Assembly: GCA_036679645.1 (NCBI GenBank)
Contig: JAZDCY010000028.1
Location: forward strand, 23,506-87,505
Length of the DNA stretch: 64,000 nt
From: Gemmatimonadota bacterium
Lineage (GTDB): Bacteria; Gemmatimonadota; Gemmatimonadetes; Gemmatimonadales; GWC2-71-9
Reading direction: 5' to 3'
Position 1 is the stretch's first letter, and each line of letters starts with the position of its first letter. Below, piece by piece: positions 51,906 to 60,151 of this stretch. The notes under the pieces are model-generated. The model was not told the DNA's origin. It did not search any database and saw only the letters and a list, made by a program, of their open reading frames with translations. A program made the position numbers and the translations under genes.

Positions 51906-52907
51906 CTATGGGCGTAGCGCCGCCTTGGGAACGGGAAGAAATCCCATGGCCTCCCGCACGCCTTCCATTGTCTCCGCGGCCACATCGCGGGCTCGCTTCG
52001 CTCCAAGCTGGAGTATCTCGCGCACGCGCTCCGGATTCGCTCGCAGGTCCGCCGCCCGTTCCCGCATGGGTGCGAAGTGACCGGTGATATGGTCGGCGAG
52101 CACCCGTTTACAATCCAAGCACCCCCACCCCGCCGAACGACACTTGGCATCCACGTCGGTCACCGTATCGTCGGGTGAGAAACTGCGGTGCAACGTGAAC
52201 AGGTTGCACTTCTCCGGATCGCCCGGGTCCTTCCTGGTCTTGCGGGCCGGGTCGGTCATGGCCGGTCGCAACAACTGCCAGATCTGTTCGGGGTCATCCA
52301 GCATGCCGATTGTGTTGCCCAGACTCTTGGACATCTTTCCCTGTCCGTCGAGCCCCATGATGCGCTTGGCGTCCGTGTGCTGCACCTGCGGTTCGGGGAA
52401 GAAGTCCGCGCGGTAGCGTGCGTTCCACTTGCGTGCGATCTCGCGCGACAGCTCGAGATGCTGCGCCTGGTCTTCGCCCACCGGAACGAGATCCGCCTTG
52501 TACAGCAGAATGTCGGCGGTTTGGAGCACCGGATAGTTGAGCAGACCGGCCAAGATGCTTTTCTGTCGCTGTGACTTCTCCTTAAATTGCGTCATCCGTT
52601 CCAGCTCGCCGAGCGGAGTCACCGTTGTGAGCACCCACGCGAGTTCGGTGTGCTCGGGCACGTGCGACTGGACGAACAGCACGCATTTTTCCGGATCGAT
52701 GCCCGCTGCGAGCAGGCCCACGGCCATGTCGAGCGTGCGTGTCTCGAGTTGCGCCGCATCGTACTCCTGGGTGATCGCGTGGTAGTCCACGATGCAGTAG
52801 AAGCACTCGTGGGCATCCTGCATGGCAACCCAGTTGCGTACGGCACCCAGATAGTTGCCAATATGGAGTTCGCCGGACGGCTGGATACCGGAAAAAACGC
52901 GTGACAT
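51906..52907 (-). CDS. trpS: Tryptophan--tRNA ligase
   Basis: 'SGIQPSG.LHIGNY', 'VPVGEDQ.QH', 'KMSKS'. Confidence 0.98.
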   Translation of the reverse strand: MSRVFSGIQPSGELHIGNYLGAVRNWVAMQDAHECFYCIVDYHAITQEYDAAQLETRTLDMAVGLLAAGIDPEKCVLFVQSHVPEHTELAWVLTTVTPLGELERMTQFKEKSQRQKSILAGLLNYPVLQTADILLYKADLVPVGEDQAQHLELSREIARKWNARYRADFFPEPQVQHTDAKRIMGLDGQGKMSKSLGNTIGMLDDPEQIWQLLRPAMTDPARKTRKDPGDPEKCNLFTLHRSFSPDDTVTDVDAKCRSAGWGCLDCKRVLADHITGHFAPMRERAADLRANPERVREILQLGAKRARDVAAETMEGVREAMGFLPVPKAALRP

Positions 52908-52943
52908 GGCCTCAAGCTACGGAGGGTGGTAAGGCACCGCAAG

Positions 52944-53551
52944 ATGGCTCAGTATCACGACTTACTGCACATCGCGACTACCGCAGCCGAGGCTGCGGGA
53001 AGGTACATCCGCGAGGTCGAGCGGCCGCATCCGGACTCGTGGGACCGGAAGGCGGCGAGCGATTTGAGGAATTATCTCCTCATGCGCCGTCGGCCGAGGT
53101 CCGCTGGATCGTAGATCCACTGGACGGTACGACGAATTACCTGCACGGGTTCCCGGCGTACGCGGTCAGCATCGCGGCAGAGGTCGACGGCCAACTCGCG
53201 GCGGGCGTCGTGTTGGATGTACCGCACGACCGGCTGTACACCGCAGTGGCTGGCGGCGGCGCGTTCTGCGACGACGCACGCCTCTCGGCGTCGTCGGTCG
53301 ACGACCCGCAGCATGCGCTGCTGGGAACGGGGTTTCCCTTCAAGCACCCGGCCGTGGAGCGACTGGACGAGTACGCTGCTCAGTTCAGCGCGTTGCTACC
53401 CAAGACCGCGGGTATCCGGCGGGCAGGATCGGCGGCGATCGATCTTGCCCATGTTGCAGAGGGCCGCTTCGACGCGTTCTGGGAGTTGTGGCTGGCGGGG
53501 AACCACGTAATGCACGCGTGGCTGTTGGAGCGCTTGCGGGCGGTTGCCTAG
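52944..53551 (+). pseudogene. suhB: Inositol monophosphatase (SuhB) copy 1, frameshifted and internally deleted
   Basis: N-terminus 'AAEAAG..I' in one frame and 'WIVDPLDGTTNY...GTGFP...RRAGSAA.DL' in another (switch near 53065); the 'VT..D..AE' and 'PWD.AAG' segments are missing. Confidence 0.85.
53091..53494 (+). repeat. 404-bp direct repeat, left copy (partner 59360-59763)
   Basis: Hand alignment: gap-free, about 34 mismatches, last 114 bp identical. Confidence 0.92.
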
Positions 53552-53554
53552 AGT

Positions 53555-53935
53555 CAGGATGCGATCTCTCATCTCGCCGGCCCGTACCGGATCACACTGG
53601 CGGTCCCGTCGTCCAGGCGCCCGAGGCACCATCGCCAGCGTGCGCTGGATCGCGGACCCACTCGACGGCACGATCAACTACGTTCGCGCCTCTCCCGCCT
53701 ATGCGGTGAGCATCACCCCGAGGTAGATGGGCTATTGGCTGTAAGCGTGGTGCTCAACGTCGCCCGCGAACCGACGTATGCGGCGGTCGCGGGCGGCGGG
53801 GGGGTCTGTAACGGGACACGCCTGTCGGTCTCTGCGGAAGACGATCCCGCCAGGCGTTGCTCGGCACGGGGTTGCCATTCAAGATCGGGCGGCGGAGCAG
53901 TTGGACGAGTACCGATGCAGTTCAGGCGCCAGCGG
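53555..53935 (+). pseudogene. suhB: Degenerate suhB copy 2
   Basis: 'VRWIADPLDGTINY', 'AVAGGG', 'LLGTGLPFK', 'QLDEY' spread over several frames; ends approximate. Confidence 0.8.
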
Positions 53936-54143
53936 CCATCAGTACGGGGGAGACCGAGTGTGCAATTTTGGCCGCCGAAAGTGTCCAATCTGGAGCCACC
54001 GCAAACATCTACAGACTTGCCGTGAACGTGAGAGCCCGTTGGGGTCCTCTCGGTTGTCGACCAACGGAAGGCCCGCCCGGATGACAACTCGGAGCGAATT
54101 GGCGGAGGTACCTATAACCTCTATTCGCCGAGGTCAGGAATGA

Positions 54144-54413
54144 TCACGCTCGCCCCACTCGCAGCCCTTCGGGCCCAGGGCGCGGTTCGCACGTTCGCGA
54201 ATTCCAGGTTAGCAAGAACGGTCCAATGAAGTTCGGACATATTGATCCCAACAAGCATCGATGCCAGCCGACCTCGAGTGTCTCGATATTGACGCCGAGA
54301 GCATGGGACTGTACAACGGTCTCATTATTCACGAACTCAACGACACGGGCGATGTAGTCAATTCCTTCGAAAGTGCAGGCGGACCAGAATCGCAACGCTC
54401 CGGACGACATCAA
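54144..54413 (-). CDS. Possible small hypothetical protein or remnant
   Basis: Begins directly after the propeller stop; no recognisable motif. Confidence 0.25.
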   Translation of the reverse strand: MMSSGALRFWSACTFEGIDYIARVVEFVNNETVVQSHALGVNIETLEVGWHRCLLGSICPNFIGPFLLTWNSRTCEPRPGPEGLRVGRA

Positions 54414-55610
54414 TCAATTCACGGACCTCGGCGAAGCTAGTCTGTATCTCCCCAGCCGTTGGACGCCAAGCGAATCACGTTCGACGCCATACACGTGGTA
54501 GTCCGTGACAAGCATTACACGAAGGGCGGCGGGTAGGGTAACCCGGAAGACATGCACGCCGCTTGCGTCGAAAACGTCCCACGTCTGGACCTCGGAGTCG
54601 TCCTTCGAGTAGACGCGGACCCATAATGCTCCACCTTCGGTGGCGATCACCCTCCCTACGGCCGGCTTGCGGGACGGTATGGTAAGGAGCCCCCTCAGCT
54701 CCCTTCTGAGCGTGCGCATCTTCCTTTGAACGCTATCCCGTTCTCGTGGCGACAGTGGGTACCGGCGGCTCTCCATTGTGATGACCCTTCGCCTTTCGCC
54801 TGTGACCGAGTACTCAGCTACAGTGTATTCGCGGCCAGAGGTTTGAAAGACTGTCCCGGAGTATGTTGCCGTCCAACTCCCGCGGATGCCGAAAGGAACC
54901 TCTGCAACGGCCGCAACCCCCCGGCCTTGGTACGCCACCATCGCGGCCGTGTCACTCCATGATATCACCGTATCGTGTCTCCCCGTCCCCGTCCTGGTAT
55001 CAACGCGCATCACCGTCGTCAACCCATCCCCCGCGGGATCAGGCGGCGAACTCCAAACAGGTCCCACTTGAATCAGGAAGCCTACGTTCGGCATCCAAGC
55101 AATGTCCTCGACGTTCATCCACGCAATAACTGTTGTGTCCCGAACGTAGTGCCCATCTCGGGAGAACAAGGTGAGCCTTGCTGCGGCCCGATCCCAGACT
55201 GCCAGTGAGTCGGCCATCCATACCAATCGAGCTGGCCACCTAAACTCACCGGGCCCGGATCCCTGTCGACCAAAGGCCTGAATGAAATGGCCCGTGCTGT
55301 CGTAACGCAGAACCTGATGCCGTTGTGCGTCGAGCACATAGATAGCACCCAAGTGATCAACTTCCACGTCCCAGATCTGCATGAATTCATATGCAGTATC
55401 ACCGAGTGCCTCTCCAATCTTCAGGTCTTCCTCAAGAACGATCGGGCGTAGAGTGGAGCGGCGTTGAGCTAGGTTGTGAACGTACTCCACGCCACCTACG
55501 GTATCGTTCCACACGGTCCTCCCCGTGTTTCTGTCAGCGTCGTCGGCGCAACCTAGGGAAACCAGTGAAGCCACGGAGAGAGGGCCGATCACAGCTCTAC
55601 ACAACACCAT
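54414..55610 (-). CDS. 6-bladed beta-propeller (NHL/TolB-like) lipoprotein A
   Basis: Lipobox 'SLGC'; 'VD..G.IYVLD', 'FGRQGSGPGEF', C-terminal 'WDVFD..G', 'RDSLGVQ'; start may be 55610 or 55640. Confidence 0.85.
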   Translation of the reverse strand: MVLCRAVIGPLSVASLVSLGCADDADRNTGRTVWNDTVGGVEYVHNLAQRRSTLRPIVLEEDLKIGEALGDTAYEFMQIWDVEVDHLGAIYVLDAQRHQVLRYDSTGHFIQAFGRQGSGPGEFRWPARLVWMADSLAVWDRAAARLTLFSRDGHYVRDTTVIAWMNVEDIAWMPNVGFLIQVGPVWSSPPDPAGDGLTTVMRVDTRTGTGRHDTVISWSDTAAMVAYQGRGVAAVAEVPFGIRGSWTATYSGTVFQTSGREYTVAEYSVTGERRRVITMESRRYPLSPRERDSVQRKMRTLRRELRGLLTIPSRKPAVGRVIATEGGALWVRVYSKDDSEVQTWDVFDASGVHVFRVTLPAALRVMLVTDYHVYGVERDSLGVQRLGRYRLASPRSVN

Positions 55611-55630
55611 ACCTGTCGCCTTCGACCCAT

Positions 55631-56128
55631 CTACGGGCACTCCACTTTCGCTTCCTGACCGCGCGGGTCAACGTGACAGAAGACCTCTTCGGATCCGACG
55701 GACGTGCTCCATTCGGCTAGGGGCTCGCCGTGATGGCCGACAATCCGGAGCAGCCGTGCACCCCGGTGCGACACTAGAACGGTATCAAGCGTCCAGGCAC
55801 CGCCAATCTCCACGCTCACGGCGGACCGGCCGCTGCATGTTGCAGTCAATGCATGCCGTAGCGCGGAAACGTGCACTGCAACGTCCGAGGTCGCCGAGTC
55901 GTGATCAGTCTTGGCAAACCGCAGCCCCAGCTGTACACCCCTCAGATCAGGAAGCAAGCGAACGACGACCTCAGTGGACGACCCGGCGGCCCCCTGCATC
56001 GTGCGGCATGCCAGTCGTGCCTCGGATCCTTGTTCGAAGGCGTATTCAGTATTTCCGCTACCCGTCGTATGGAGCCAGCTTCCACCTACGAGGGCGAGCG
56101 AAAGAAAGCGGAGTACTTGTGTGGTCAT
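55631..56128 (-). CDS. Hypothetical secreted protein (165 aa, 4 Cys)
   Basis: GGAG SD, hydrophobic N-terminus, beta-rich sequence; lies between peptide 1 and propeller A. Confidence 0.65.
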   Translation of the reverse strand: MTTQVLRFLSLALVGGSWLHTTGSGNTEYAFEQGSEARLACRTMQGAAGSSTEVVVRLLPDLRGVQLGLRFAKTDHDSATSDVAVHVSALRHALTATCSGRSAVSVEIGGAWTLDTVLVSHRGARLLRIVGHHGEPLAEWSTSVGSEEVFCHVDPRGQEAKVECP

Positions 56129-56217
56129 GGTTGCTCCGGGTCGGCCAACTAGGGGTGCAGGTGCGGTATGCGTCAGACGTTCCAGTCTTACGTTAGTTCA
56201 ACCCAGTTTTTGCTTCC

Positions 56218-56454
56218 CTACCCCTCCGGTATGTGAATGCACCTCGACGAACCGCCGCTCGTGCATGATGCGACGCAACTACCACTCTCGGCTGCACAAC
56301 TACAGCCCGTGTTTGAAACGGTGCATTCACAACTCCCGCTGCCGCATGTTGCACTATCAGCGCGTAGAACCTTCGAATCAAGGAACGCGGCACCGACGGT
56401 GGCCCACACAGCGAGTGCTGCCGCTAGCGCCAGGCCGCGAGCTGCTCTTAGCAT
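56218..56454 (-). CDS. Cys-rich secreted peptide 1 (78 aa, 8 Cys)
   Basis: AAGGAAGGA SD before ATG 56454; signal-like N-terminus; core DSATCGSGSCECTVSNTGCSCAAESGSCVASCTSGGSSRCIHIPEG. Confidence 0.8.
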   Translation of the reverse strand: MLRAARGLALAAALAVWATVGAAFLDSKVLRADSATCGSGSCECTVSNTGCSCAAESGSCVASCTSGGSSRCIHIPEG

Positions 56455-56534
56455 GATATTCCTTCCTTTCATGGAACCTGTCAACGTTCACCGCACCTTC
56501 ACAGCCGACAAGCGGCGCACCCCATTTGATCGGT

Positions 56535-57290
56535 CTAATAGGCAGCTCCAAGTTCACGCCTCCGCGTCGCGGCGCGCTCCAGCTCCGAATCTACGATTCC
56601 CTTGATCAGTTCCCACCTCGTGCCTTCGACGCGCTTCCCATTGATGAACAAGGTCGGAGTAGCGAGCACCACTAGCCGCGACGCGAGCTGTCGATCCTCT
56701 AGCAAGACATCTCTCACCGCTTCAGTCTCCGCGCATTGGATCAGTGGATCTGCGCCGATGCCGAGAGAATCGGCCAGCTCCTTCAGGTACGCCACCCCCG
56801 CAACGGCGAGACGGTGCTGGTTCTTGAAGAGTGCATCGTGGTACTCCCAGAAACGACCGGCGCGACCGGCACAAACAGCCGCGAGCGCTGCCGCCGTTGC
56901 ATGCGGATGAAGTTCCTGAAGAGGCAGATGCCTGAACATGAGCTGAACACGATCCGCGTTGCGCCCCACGAGATCGTGGAGAGAGTCTGCAATCAGCGCG
57001 CACGCCGGACACTCGAAGTCGGCGAACTCGACAATCTGAACTTCGGGAATTACCGCGCCGCGGGTGGCCCCCCCATTCGTATCAAGATCGAACCAGGAGA
57101 CGGCCGTCGCGTGCTTGGCAAAAGCTTCGATGTTTGTGAACCGGAGGGCCACCGATCGCTCGAGGGATTGAAGCGCGGCGGTCGAGTCTCGCATGTCGCT
57201 TCTGAGGATCAGGGTGATAAACGCTTGGCCGACTACTAAGAACGTGAGCAGCCCGAGAAGAGTCCCCTCGGTGTTCCTGTCCGGTTTCAT
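56535..57290 (-). CDS. DsbA-family thiol:disulfide oxidoreductase 1 (membrane-anchored)
   Basis: N-terminal TM; 'EFADFECPAC', 'RHLPL..HP.A', 'FWEYHD.LF', cis-Pro 'TPTLFING'; ATGA overlap with propeller B stop. Confidence 0.9.
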   Translation of the reverse strand: MKPDRNTEGTLLGLLTFLVVGQAFITLILRSDMRDSTAALQSLERSVALRFTNIEAFAKHATAVSWFDLDTNGGATRGAVIPEVQIVEFADFECPACALIADSLHDLVGRNADRVQLMFRHLPLQELHPHATAAALAAVCAGRAGRFWEYHDALFKNQHRLAVAGVAYLKELADSLGIGADPLIQCAETEAVRDVLLEDRQLASRLVVLATPTLFINGKRVEGTRWELIKGIVDSELERAATRRRELGAAY

Positions 57291-58516
57291 CCTATCGGCT
57301 CCTGAACTGAGTACACTCTGACGCTCGTTGGCTCGGTGGGGCTGAAATGCAGTCCCACAGCACGGTGGTTCCGTACTGCGAGTATTCGGGCTTGGAATGT
57401 TACCGTGCCACAAAACGACCGTCGCGGCAGTGAGAACACATCGTACCTTGCCGAATACGAGTGGGGACCAGCGGTTGGGCGCCTCACAAGCAGGAAGTAG
57501 CGAGACGCGAACAGCTCGAGTACGGGAGATTTTGTCCTGGGAATGAGGCCGCGCACAGCGGATTCCGTGATGCCGGTCGAGCCACTGAGCGAGAGGGCAG
57601 CCTCAACGTCGTCCGCGGATACCGGGACCGTATCGGCGGGCCGCTGCACGGTCCAGGTCGTATCCCCCCCAAGAAGTGCCGAGATGAAGTATCGACGGGG
57701 CTCGGCGGTCAAGATGGAGCCGTCCGGAGTCAGCGCCCACACCGTGCGCGTCGCGAGGTCATAGGGCAGATTAACAACGCTGATTGTCCGCTCGGACCTG
57801 ACCCGCACCGCTGAGCGTACGGGGTACGGCCCTAGCCGAGTGTGGTCCGTGCCAGTCGTGTCGACGATCCTTATGACCTGGGAGACGGAGCCGTCACTCT
57901 CAGGGATTTCGAGCCCGAACGCGATATGCCCAGAGTCACTGACCGCGACCGGCGCGGGCAGACCCGCCGCCGCCTGGCCGAAGATCGTGAACGATGATAG
58001 CCTCCCATCCCCCAGCGACAACGAGAGCGCTTCCTGTCCACGCACATTCCAGACGTTGATCCGGCCCGATCCGCTAACCGTCATCCCGACGGGACCCGGT
58101 GCCAGTCGATGACCGATGTCTGCCAGTTGCTGTTCGCGCAGCAGGTGGCCGTCCTTGGCGAAGACTTGGACTACACCGCCACCGAGCCCGCTCAAGACGT
58201 AGATATTGCCGTCATCATCTATGTCAACATCCACGCTACCAGGCCGTAGCGTGGCCGCAGTGGAATCCCCTCGCGTCAGCTCGGCGAGAAGCCGGATATC
58301 GAGGCGCTCGCCATCACAACGGAACGTGCTGGGGCTAGGACCGTCACCCTCCGGTGAATTGAGTTTCAGATTGGCCCGCTCTGTCAGACACGCGGTGTTC
58401 TGAGAAGAAAACAGCAGAATGAGAACGAACGCTAGTATAGAATCGCCGTTTCGCCTGCGCCCGAGTCGGTGACTTGAATGGGGGATATCGAATGCTCGCG
58501 GTCGCATCTTAGACAA
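57287..58516 (-). CDS. 6-bladed beta-propeller lipoprotein B (divergent)
   Basis: Hydrophobic N-terminal segment ending 'NTAC'; 'DIDDDGNIYVLS', 'VQVFAKDG.LLR', 'WALTPDG', 'YDVF'. Confidence 0.75.
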   Translation of the reverse strand: MSKMRPRAFDIPHSSHRLGRRRNGDSILAFVLILLFSSQNTACLTERANLKLNSPEGDGPSPSTFRCDGERLDIRLLAELTRGDSTAATLRPGSVDVDIDDDGNIYVLSGLGGGVVQVFAKDGHLLREQQLADIGHRLAPGPVGMTVSGSGRINVWNVRGQEALSLSLGDGRLSSFTIFGQAAAGLPAPVAVSDSGHIAFGLEIPESDGSVSQVIRIVDTTGTDHTRLGPYPVRSAVRVRSERTISVVNLPYDLATRTVWALTPDGSILTAEPRRYFISALLGGDTTWTVQRPADTVPVSADDVEAALSLSGSTGITESAVRGLIPRTKSPVLELFASRYFLLVRRPTAGPHSYSARYDVFSLPRRSFCGTVTFQARILAVRNHRAVGLHFSPTEPTSVRVYSVQEPIG

Positions 58517-58559
58517 GACGATCTCCGTTCACGGCGCCTAGCTCAACAATCATCGTGGA

Positions 58560-58760
58560 TCAAGTTTCATTACCGTTGCGGCTGGTGACGCACGCCTGGT
58601 TACAGCATTCGTCGCAGTCCGGCCCCTGGCAGCTCGGGGGACACTTGGCCTGACAGTAGCGCCACGTGTAGGGATCCGGGCACGTGGAAGGCACCTCCAC
58701 TGGCGACGCCATGCCAAGCACGAGTAGCGCCGCGTTCGCGAGCACTGCTACTCCGAACAC
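58560..58760 (-). CDS. Cys-rich secreted peptide 2 (at least 66 aa, 8 Cys)
   Basis: Hydrophobic leader then TCPDPYTWRYCQAKCPPSCQGPDCDECCNQACVTSRNGNET; first gene of the cassette; start uncertain. Confidence 0.75.
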   Translation of the reverse strand: MFGVAVLANAALLVLGMASPVEVPSTCPDPYTWRYCQAKCPPSCQGPDCDECCNQACVTSRNGNET

Positions 58761-58848
58761 CCCCTGAAGCTTCCTGGTCTCGGTTCCCTCTTTCTCGCAT
58801 GTCCCTTTTCGAACGTTGCGTATAGGGTTCGACGCTCATCAGGACCGC

Positions 58849-58882
58849 CACTTGCGCGCACCACTAGCAATACTCGCAAGTG
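58849..58882. promoter_or_regulatory. Candidate operator (8-bp inverted repeat) in the divergent promoter region
   Basis: CACTTGCG-N18-CGCAAGTG between peptide 2 and the HTH gene. Confidence 0.35.
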
Positions 58883-58981
58883 CAGGCTGCGACCGCTATG
58901 ACCTCTCGCCCGAGCGGCGCCTGCCTCTTGCGTCGCACCACGCGCGTGCGTCTCTTATCGGTCCGCGTTGCGGAGGGCCAA

Positions 58982-59383
58982 ATGGACACTATCTGTACAA
59001 TTCTTACCGCGCTCGTACCTGCCCGATCCCCAGAGACCTGTCAGCTAGTGCGGGTGCTCGCGGAGCACGGCGGGGAGTTCGAGGCCGCGGACATGGCGGC
59101 GCGGCTCTCGGGCTTCCGCACCCGACAGCACATGGGACGCGTCCTACATGCGGAGGGCCTGCCGCAGCTGACCGAACTCGCCGGCTGGATTCGCGTGTTA
59201 CGGTGGGTCTTGGAGTGGGAGCAGAACGGACGCGCGCTCGCCAACCTCTCGCTGTTGCGCGGGCGTGACCCCGCCGTCCGCTATCGGCTGGTCCGCAAGC
59301 TCACGGGCCGCCCATGGTCAGAGGTGAGGCTGCTTGGTGCGGGATGGGTCATGCTCAAGCGGCCGATGTGCGGTGGATCGTAG
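58982..59383 (+). CDS. AraC-like HTH regulator, C-terminus truncated or fused at the suhB repeat
   Basis: GGAGG SD; 'AADMAARL.G.RTRQHMGRVL..EGLP....L.GWIRVL', 'RLVRKLTG..WSE'. Confidence 0.55.
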   Translation: MDTICTILTALVPARSPETCQLVRVLAEHGGEFEAADMAARLSGFRTRQHMGRVLHAEGLPQLTELAGWIRVLRWVLEWEQNGRALANLSLLRGRDPAVRYRLVRKLTGRPWSEVRLLGAGWVMLKRPMCGGS

Positions 59384-59847
59384 ATCCGCTGGACGGCACG
59401 ACGAACTACCTGCACGGGTTCCCGGCGTACGCGGTCAGCATCGCGGCAGAGGTCGACAGCCAACTCGCGGCGGGCGTCCTGTTGGACGTACCGCACAGCC
59501 GGTTGTACACCGCGGTAGCCGGCGGGGGGGCGTTCTGCGATAAGACGCGCATCTCGGTGTCGTCGGTCGACGACCCGCGGCATGCACTGCTCGGCACGGG
59601 GTTTCCGTTCAAGCACCCGGCCGTTGAGCGATTGGACGAGTACACGGCGCAGTTCAGCGCGTTGCTACCCAAGACCGCGGGTATCCGGCGGGCAGGATCG
59701 GCGGCGATCGATCTTGCCCATGTTGCAGAGGGCCGCTTCGACGCGTTCTGGGAGTTGTGGCTGCGCGGAGTGACGGCGGGTGCGGTGGTTGCGGGAAACC
59801 CCACAATGCACAAATGGCTAATCGAGGAGCTCCGGAACGCCTATTGA
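59360..59847 (+). pseudogene. suhB: suhB copy 3 (5'-truncated; contains the right 404-bp repeat 59360-59763)
   Basis: 'WIVDPLDGTTNY...' with no N-terminus; also lacks 'PWD.AAG'. Confidence 0.85.
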
Positions 59848-59958
59848 AGAGTTGGAGACCGAGTGTCCAGAGAGGACTAACCTTCGTGATGTCCAAGCCA
59901 CTCAGTCTTTGTGAATGCGGGCTCATCAGCCTGCACTGTTCAGCGGATCCCCGGTGCA

Positions 59959-60145
59959 GATGACTCCGACGGAGCGCGCTTGCGCGCTCGAGACCCACGT
60001 TGTGGGAGCACCAGGGGAATCCGACACTTTCGGCCGAGCGGTAGATGTCGCGGCTGGACCGGGAGATCGAGTGTACGTGCTCGACGGGTACTACAACCAC
60101 CTGTTGGGCTTCGGGGCCAATCGGAACTTGCGAAGCACCGCCCGG
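59959..60145 (+). pseudogene. Remnant of a fourth beta-propeller gene, interrupted by IS21 sequence
   Basis: 'VVGAPGESDTFGRAVDVAAGPGDRVYVLDG..NHLLGF' resembles the first blades of propellers A and C; ends approximate. Confidence 0.6.
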
Positions 60146-60151
60146 TGGGCC

